Source of the DNA: Trichosphaerium sp. ATCC 40318
Lineage: Eukaryota > Protista > Tubulinea
Assembly: GCA_038496445.1 (NCBI GenBank)
Contig: JALMLS010000336.1
Coordinates: 62,001-126,000 of the forward strand
Length of the DNA: 64,000 nt
Direction: 5' to 3'
The notes beneath the pieces are model-generated. The model made no database searches. It was not told where the DNA came from and worked only from the letters and a program-made list of their open reading frames with translations. Positions 62,531 to 64,000 of this stretch are shown piece by piece. A program made the translations under genes and the position numbers. Position 1 is the first letter of the stretch. Every line of letters begins with the position of its first letter.

Positions 62531-64000
62531 ATGTCAAAAGAGGATCCTCCAAAAAAACGTAAGCCGCCTACGTATAGCAGTTACACAGGCAGACCTGGAT
62601 CAAGACCAGGCAGGCCAGGTTTACCAGGAGCAAGGCCTACGAATCGCTTGAGAGGTTTAAATACTCCACATGTACCTTTAGGCAAGTTAGAGACAAATAA
62701 TAATTGCTCTAAAAGTAAACAGGTAGGGGATTAGCGTTTGCGCCTAATTTGCGTGGTACTGGTAAAAAGCGAGCGCCTACAGGCATTTTGGCTAGAGCAG
62801 ATAGGAAAAAAAAGAATCGTGCGTTATATTACACGCGTATGGCCGCCTAGATGTTTAAATACGCGTAGAGGGTTACAGAATGGGTTATACACGGGCAATC
62901 CCAAAACCAAAGGACGGAAGAGGAGGTCGACGCGGCCGAGGTAGAGGAGGAGGGTTCAAATTCGCGCCAAGGCTTGGGGGAACACGAACTAATTTACCAG
63001 GTAGTTGTTTATAGCTCTACACTATCTAATATATGCTCCAGAATCGCTAACAAACCCTGACGGCGAACTTAAAGATAAGAAAGAAACCGTTGAAAAGAAA
63101 TGGGACAGTACGACTTTTAAATACGTTACCATGTATCCTAAATCAACTATACAGAGAAAAAAATAGCACCTACAGCCCTAGAAATGAATATTAATCCTCT
63201 AGACTCAGGACATCCTATGACATTGCCTTTCCGAGATCCCAAAAAATTAAAACGAGAAAAAGTGAAGCAAAAGATTAATTCCTTAAAACCAGATCCTAAT
63301 ACAATGGATATTGATAACGAAGATAAAGATAAACAAGGTGGAAAGAGTGGTAAGGCTGCAGGTAAAGAAGAAGTTGAGGACGTCGCAGATAAAGTTGACG
63401 CAATGGAAATTGATGGAGAGGGTAGAGATATACGATATATAGGTTTAGAGGACTTACAATTACTTATTTAGATAGCACACAAGTTAAAAAGGAGGATGAT
63501 GATGACTCTAATGATATTTATTTCAAGTTATCTATGAACAAAGAAGGAGCAGCCGATTTATTCAGAGATGATACTGGATTGTTTGAAGGACAAGATTCTC
63601 TCTTTTTTGTACAGCTTCCTTCTTCTCTACCTTATAAAAAACCAGTTAAACAAGAAGACGGTCCAAAGAAGGTTGAGGAACCTGAGGACGATGTAAGGTA
63701 CCGTACAAAAGAGCGAACTGAAATCGGCAACAAATACAAACGTGTTTTTTCTTTGCTTTTTTTTTGAGACTGACACATTACTAGTGGCTTTAAAAACACC
63801 TTGGCAGAGTTACCAGAGAGTAACTTGGGTAAAATACGTATACATAAGTCTGGTAAGGTCACTATGAAGATGGGAGACGTTATTTTTGATGTAAGTTAAA
63901 ATTTGCTTTAAAATGTATTATTTTGCATCTGACGATTGTCCTTAGGTATCAGAAGGAATGCCAAGCGCTTTCTTGCAAGAAGTATATGGTGTATTTCCAG
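62531..64000 (+). CDS. POLR3D: RNA polymerase III subunit RPC4/Rpc53 (3' end outside the window)
   Basis: PMTLPF, LFFVQLPSSLP, LPESNLGKIRIHKSGKVTMKMGDVIFDVSEGMPSAFLQEV. Confidence 0.92.

Noticed and set aside
1-64000. Alternative genetic code or in-frame selenocysteine TGA
   Set aside because: The internal stops I examined were resolved by introns, and TAA, TAG and TGA all terminate genes.

Overview
AT-rich, gene-dense eukaryotic genomic DNA with many short spliceosomal introns (mostly about 35-60 nt, commonly GTACGT donors) and the standard genetic code. The gene content suggests a free-living protist, probably an amoebozoan (inference). About 27 protein-coding genes were reconstructed by manual splicing, so exon boundaries are approximate. 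They include a receptor tyrosine-kinase-like protein, a TMEM70/186-like mitochondrial protein, a Hakai-like protein, a RhoGAP, PSTK, a CH-RhoGEF, a GT92-like glycosyltransferase, an F-box/LRR protein, a C2 protein, a pseudo-OTU-PFU-PUL protein, two atypical Rho GTPases, two F-box-like/MORN2 proteins, a GH5 cellulase, PLD, a neutral sphingomyelinase, a glyoxalase, a mucin, a DUSP and RPC4. The most interesting signals are non-coding. (1) Two intergenic copies of a covarying hairpin/pseudoknot motif lie at 134-490. (2) The rare long introns fold into long stems that hide cryptic poison splice sites, including a two-state, switch-like structure in a Rho GTPase intron and a pre-miRNA-like hairpin. 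(3) The palindrome CACGTG is strongly over-represented, mostly in introns. (4) There are recurrent GC-AG introns with a GCACGT donor and one U12-type intron. No tRNA, rRNA, CRISPR array or intact transposon was recognised.
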